A stretch of 64,000 bases of DNA from a bacterium (lineage in GTDB: Bacteria; Patescibacteriota; Saccharimonadia; CAILAD01; JADZBC01), in assembly GCA_020852295.1 (NCBI GenBank), contig JADZBC010000009.1, forward strand, positions 286,435 to 350,434. The letters run 5' to 3'. The position numbers were made by a program, and so were the translations under genes. The notes under the pieces are model-generated. The model did not search any database and was not told the DNA's origin. It worked only from the letters and a program-made list of their open reading frames with translations. Positions 60,255 to 64,000 of this stretch are shown piece by piece; positions within the stretch are counted from its first letter, which is position 1; each line of letters starts with the position of its first letter.

Positions 60255-62296
60255 CCGAACGGGGGTGGCGGCTTGATACGCCAGTAGAAGTACTCAATGG
60301 GGTTGGTCCAGCGCTGTCGCGCGGCTTGCATCGTCTGGGTATTGCCACGATCGGTGATTTGCTCAATCATTACCCGCGGCGCTGGGAGGACTATAGCGCC
60401 ACTAAGAAGATTGCTGCGCTCAAGCCGGGCCTCGTCACGCTCAAGGCTGAAGTTTTAGGCGTACAGGCACGCCGATCGTTTAAGCGCAAGCTCACCGTTA
60501 GCGAGGCGATACTAGGTGATGACTCGGGGACGGTGCGGGCAGTTTGGTTTAATCAACCATACATTGCCACTCAGCTCAAAGAAGGGCAGAGCTACTTCTT
60601 TTCAGGAAAGTTTGAGTTCAAAAATAATCACCTCAGCATACAAAACCCCAGTTTTGAGCCAGCCGACGACCAAAGCTCAGTAAGCTCGAAGATTTTACCG
60701 ATCTATCCGGAGAATGCACAGATCAATTCGCGGCTATTGCGTAAGTTAATCGCACAAGTGATTCGCCTAACCGATCGGCTGAAAGACGGACTGCCCGACC
60801 ATATTGCCCGCGAACAGGGCTATGAGTCGCATGCTCGCGCCATAGCTCAGCTTCATCAGCCCAGCTCAATGCGAGAACTAGAGTTGGCCCAGGATCGCCT
60901 GGCCTTTTCTGAACTATTCATGTTGAGCGTATCTGGTTTGGCGCTCAGGCGTGAGCTCGAAGCCGAGACTTCAGTGGCGATTCCTTTTAAATTAGAAACA
61001 GTCAATGCATTTTTGGATCAGTTGAGTTTTCATTTAACCTCGGCCCAGAAGCGAGCGGCCTGGACGGTGTTTAAGGATATCGAACGCACCAGTCCAATGA
61101 ACCGTTTGATTGAGGGTGACGTAGGAAGCGGTAAGACGATGGTTGCGGTCTTGGCGGCGGCGATGGCGGCACAGGCCGGCGTACAGACCGCCATCATGGT
61201 GCCAACCGAGATCCTAGCTCGTCAGCACTTCAAGAGTATTGAGCGTTATCTCCGGCCGCTTGGAGTGAAAGTTGACCTGCTGGTTGGTGCTTTGGCGCGC
61301 AAAGAGAGGGTGGCGGCGCAGCAAAGACTGGCGGCAGGCGAGACGCAAGTTGTTATCGGCACCCAGGCACTCATTGGCGACACTACTCAGTTTCATAGGC
61401 TTGGGTTGGTCGTGGTTGATGAGCAGCACCGCTTTGGTGTGGCGCAACGACGGGCGTTGCGGGCCAAGGCTGACATAATGCCGCATCTGCTGTCGATGAC
61501 AGCAACCCCGATCCCGCGTTCATTGGCGCTCGTGATTTATGGCGATCTCGATGTGAGTATCATTAACGAATTGCCACCTGGCCGGCAGCCAATACAAACC
61601 AAACTGGTTGATCCATCGCATCGAGCAAAAGTTTATGGCGAAATTGATAAACAAATTACACAAGGGCGACAGGTCTACGTAGTTTGTCCCGCCATTAGCG
61701 CCTCTGATCACTCTGGCCGCAAAAGTGTTGAAATTGAATATGACAAACTACGCAAGGGGCAATTCGTTCATCGTCGGATTGGTATGCTTCACGGTCGTAT
61801 GAAGGCTGAAGAAAAAGAATCCGTTATGGCGGATTTTGCGAGTGGCAAGCTCGATATGTTGATCGCAACCTCGGTAATCGAGGTGGGGGTCGATGTGCCA
61901 AACGCTACGGTCATGATGATCGAGGGTGCCGATCGTTTTGGACTGGCTGCGCTCCATCAACTCCGTGGTCGAGTTGGCCGCGGTGAGCATCAGTCTTTTT
62001 GTTATCTTGTCAGCGAATCAGAGCACGATGAGGCACTCAATCGCTTGCGCAGCCTTGAGCGAACCAACGATGGATTTCGGTTGGCCCAGATTGACCTCGA
62101 ACTGCGGGGACCCGGCGAGGTGTATGGTGTGAAGCAACATGGCCTGGATTTGCGCTTGAGTGGCATCGTCGATCCAGAGCTTATTAAGCGAGCCCGCGCT
62201 GCCGCCGAGTCTTTCCTGGCAACAGAAAAAGTGGTAGAATATCCACTGATTGCGGCGCGCGTTGAGGAATTGAAGAGCGTCACGTCACTCGATTAA
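60251..62296 (+). CDS. recG: ATP-dependent DNA helicase RecG
   Basis: Wedge domain plus helicase motifs (GDVGSGKT, DEQHRFG, QLRGRVGRG). Confidence 0.95.
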   Translation: MTERGWRLDTPVEVLNGVGPALSRGLHRLGIATIGDLLNHYPRRWEDYSATKKIAALKPGLVTLKAEVLGVQARRSFKRKLTVSEAILGDDSGTVRAVWFNQPYIATQLKEGQSYFFSGKFEFKNNHLSIQNPSFEPADDQSSVSSKILPIYPENAQINSRLLRKLIAQVIRLTDRLKDGLPDHIAREQGYESHARAIAQLHQPSSMRELELAQDRLAFSELFMLSVSGLALRRELEAETSVAIPFKLETVNAFLDQLSFHLTSAQKRAAWTVFKDIERTSPMNRLIEGDVGSGKTMVAVLAAAMAAQAGVQTAIMVPTEILARQHFKSIERYLRPLGVKVDLLVGALARKERVAAQQRLAAGETQVVIGTQALIGDTTQFHRLGLVVVDEQHRFGVAQRRALRAKADIMPHLLSMTATPIPRSLALVIYGDLDVSIINELPPGRQPIQTKLVDPSHRAKVYGEIDKQITQGRQVYVVCPAISASDHSGRKSVEIEYDKLRKGQFVHRRIGMLHGRMKAEEKESVMADFASGKLDMLIATSVIEVGVDVPNATVMMIEGADRFGLAALHQLRGRVGRGEHQSFCYLVSESEHDEALNRLRSLERTNDGFRLAQIDLELRGPGEVYGVKQHGLDLRLSGIVDPELIKRARAAAESFLATEKVVEYPLIAARVEELKSVTSLD

Positions 62297-62305
62297 TTTC
62301 ATTGT

Positions 62306-63067
62306 ATGAATTCTGGATTATTACAGTATGCAGCCCGTGGACGAGCCTTTCGCTCTATTGGCACGCATCAAAAATTTGATAGGGAAGCCTTTCGGCTTAT
62401 TTCGCCGCTGGTTGACCATACAAAATTTCCGCGCCGTCGAGATATATTAAAGTTTGAGGGTCTGGGTGGGCCGGATGGGCTCAAGCTCAAGGGCGATTAC
62501 AATACTTCGCACATGTGGGATCCGGTCAACGAGATTGGCCATTTGCCAGTATGGATCGAGAGTCACCATAAAAACATGGCGGCTGCCCTCAAACGAGGCG
62601 ATATCGTGGAGGCTAGTTTTCATGCCGGCTGGATGGCACACTATCTGACCGATAGCATGACTCCCGCACACCATATCAGTCATGAGTTGGTGACCGCCGA
62701 ATACAAGGATGCAGGCAAGTTGCGCTATAGCTGGCTGTATTGGGGTAGTAAGGGGTTGATGAGTACGCACGTCGCTTTTGAGATGGGCGTGAGTAGTGCA
62801 GTATTTTTCTCGCCAATTCGTAGTAAGTATGATGCTAAGCTGACGCAAAAGATTGCGACAAACGGACTGGCGGCAGTTGTCAAAGAGGAGTCGCTTCAAG
62901 TGGCCAAGCTCGGGCTGTATGATCGTTTTCTCAAGAAAGGGTGGACAACGGATCTTGCGAAGGCAATGAAGAGTCAGGTTATCCCGCGTACTACCCAGCT
63001 TATTGCTGCCGCGTGGGCAAGTGCCTATGATACGGCTGGGTTTAAACTGGCGGAGAAAAAGCGCTAG
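62306..63067 (+). CDS. hypothetical protein, possibly the zinc-dependent phospholipase C / S1-P1 nuclease-like family
   Basis: HAGWMAHYLTDSMTPAHH resembles the Zn_dep_PLPC H..YL.D...P.H motif; weak assignment. Confidence 0.35.
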   Translation: MNSGLLQYAARGRAFRSIGTHQKFDREAFRLISPLVDHTKFPRRRDILKFEGLGGPDGLKLKGDYNTSHMWDPVNEIGHLPVWIESHHKNMAAALKRGDIVEASFHAGWMAHYLTDSMTPAHHISHELVTAEYKDAGKLRYSWLYWGSKGLMSTHVAFEMGVSSAVFFSPIRSKYDAKLTQKIATNGLAAVVKEESLQVAKLGLYDRFLKKGWTTDLAKAMKSQVIPRTTQLIAAAWASAYDTAGFKLAEKKR

Positions 63068-63068
63068 T

Positions 63069-63611
63069 ATGCTGAAGATCTCAGGTGGACAATTTGCTGG
63101 ACGCACGCTGAGTCTGCCATCGAGCGCGACAACCCGCCCGGTGACTGAGAAAAATCGTGCCTCAATTTTTAATTCGCTATTTTCATACGTACTAGATGCC
63201 AAAGTCCTCGATCTCTATGCGGGGAGCGGAGCATTGAGTTTTGAGGCGTTGAGTCGTGGGGCGGCTACAGCGATGATGATCGAGAAAAGCAACAAAGTGG
63301 TTGGTCAAATCAAAGAAAATATCGAACGGCTCGGGGTTGGTGAGCGTGCCACGGTTGAGTCATTTGACGTCGCACACTGGCTCAAGCGTGATCATGAACA
63401 GCGGTATGACCTCATCTTCTTTGACCCGCCGTACGTCCAGTTTGACACGGCGCTAGCCGAAATGGCTACCAATTTGCTACAATCAGGTGGCATTTTAGTA
63501 GTTTCTATGAGTTCGCGATCGAAAATGCCTGAAAGTATTGGTGAAGCGAAGTTGCTCAAAGAGAAGAAATACGGCGATAGCCAGTTTGGTTTCTTTCAGA
63601 AACTGCTTTAA
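63069..63611 (+). CDS. rsmD: 16S rRNA (guanine966-N2)-methyltransferase RsmD
   Basis: SAM motifs LDLYAGSGALSFEALSRGA and DPPY; start placed at MLKISGG immediately after the upstream stop. Confidence 0.8.
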   Translation: MLKISGGQFAGRTLSLPSSATTRPVTEKNRASIFNSLFSYVLDAKVLDLYAGSGALSFEALSRGAATAMMIEKSNKVVGQIKENIERLGVGERATVESFDVAHWLKRDHEQRYDLIFFDPPYVQFDTALAEMATNLLQSGGILVVSMSSRSKMPESIGEAKLLKEKKYGDSQFGFFQKLL

Positions 63612-63621
63612 GTACCAACGT

Positions 63622-63708
63622 GCGGATGTGGTGGAACTGGTAGACACGCTAGCCTTAGGAGCTAGTGGGGTTAAACCCGTGAAGGTTCGAGTCCTTTCAT
63701 CCGCACCA
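63622..63708 (+). tRNA. tRNA-Leu(TAG), class II, CCA encoded
   Basis: GCGGATGTGGTGGAACTGGTAGACACG...; anticodon loop CTTAGGA; long variable arm. Confidence 0.85.
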
Positions 63709-63751
63709 GATTAATGGCTATCCGCGGGGTAGCTATTAATCTGGTTAAGTC

Positions 63752-63988
63752 TTAATCATTGCTTCGTTTTCTGCGGACGTCAGGTTTGTAGGGTAGTGCA
63801 AGGTAGTATATTGCAACAATAAGCAGACTGAGGCCCGCTATGCCCCAGATAGCGTCAAACGGATCTGCTGTATTGAAATTCGCAAATGTCATTTCGAACC
63901 CTGGCGACGGCAATGGAATCGTGTCTATCGTGACAAGCTCGACCAAAAGGTTAATGAGTGCGAATACCCCGAAGATTACCCAGAGCAT
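63752..63988 (-). CDS. hypothetical small membrane protein
   Basis: 78 aa with two TM helices and a basic C-terminus. Confidence 0.3.
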   Translation of the reverse strand: MLWVIFGVFALINLLVELVTIDTIPLPSPGFEMTFANFNTADPFDAIWGIAGLSLLIVAIYYLALPYKPDVRRKRSND

Positions 63989-64000
63989 TTGTACACTAAA

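Noticed and set aside
62447-63202. 251-aa minus-strand ORF overlapping the PLC-like gene and the rsmD start
   Set aside because: It is antisense to two plus-strand genes and spans an intergenic stop and start. A shadow ORF is the likelier explanation.

Overview
The window is a gene-dense (~90% coding), mostly plus-strand housekeeping region of a small-genome bacterium with a Gram-positive-type envelope and about 50% GC. All tRNAs but one encode their 3' CCA. The lineage guess is CPR/Saccharibacteria-like or a reduced Firmicutes/Actinobacteria relative. That guess is inference from gene content: a split transketolase, a sortase with an LPXTG substrate, an Rpf-like domain and a clpC-radA-yacL order.

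Recognisable genes (no gene is disrupted except one apparent +1 indel in a tiny ORF at 32559..32721):
- Ribosomal protein L33 (rpmG), then an extracytoplasmic disulfide module of DsbA, VKOR and a thioredoxin-like protein.
- A pentose-phosphate block of gap, rpiB, rpe, split tkt and two PfkB kinases, followed by trxB and an NrdH-like redoxin.
- A YdjM-like membrane hydrolase, then uvrB, an unknown acidic 440-aa protein, uvrA, a high-GC islet carrying a small minus-strand gene, and uvrC.
- secG, an orphan peptide-type ABC substrate-binding protein, an Rpf-like transglycosylase and an FAD-linked oxidase.
- folD, a NUDIX hydrolase and several tRNAs (Leu x4, Val x2, Cys, Phe, Gly).
- A sortase with a roughly 790-aa beta-helix LPXTG surface protein, then lemA, a second high-GC islet, htpX and ligA.
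- A translationally coupled gatC-gatA-[membrane-anchored HEPN]-gatB-mscS-DUF948-ytxH run and a small kinase-like protein.
- dnaE, rplS with an acidic tail, rnhB, yraN, an atypical tRNA-like element, nusA, clpC, radA, a yacL-like PIN/TRAM gene, PBP1A on the minus strand, tyrS, recG, rsmD and tRNA-Leu.

No CRISPR array, IS element or prophage was seen.

The most interesting unexplained items:
- A HepT-like HEPN domain fused to a membrane anchor, inserted between gatA and gatB with no antitoxin partner.
- Two ~64% GC islets carrying small minus-strand genes; the one at 16908..17240 has a perfect Shine-Dalgarno.
- A class-I tRNA-like gene with anticodon UAA and no encoded CCA, just upstream of the nusA promoter.
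- The sortase-adhesin pair and the Rpf-like transglycosylase.
- An atypical small kinase-like protein at 43613..44356.
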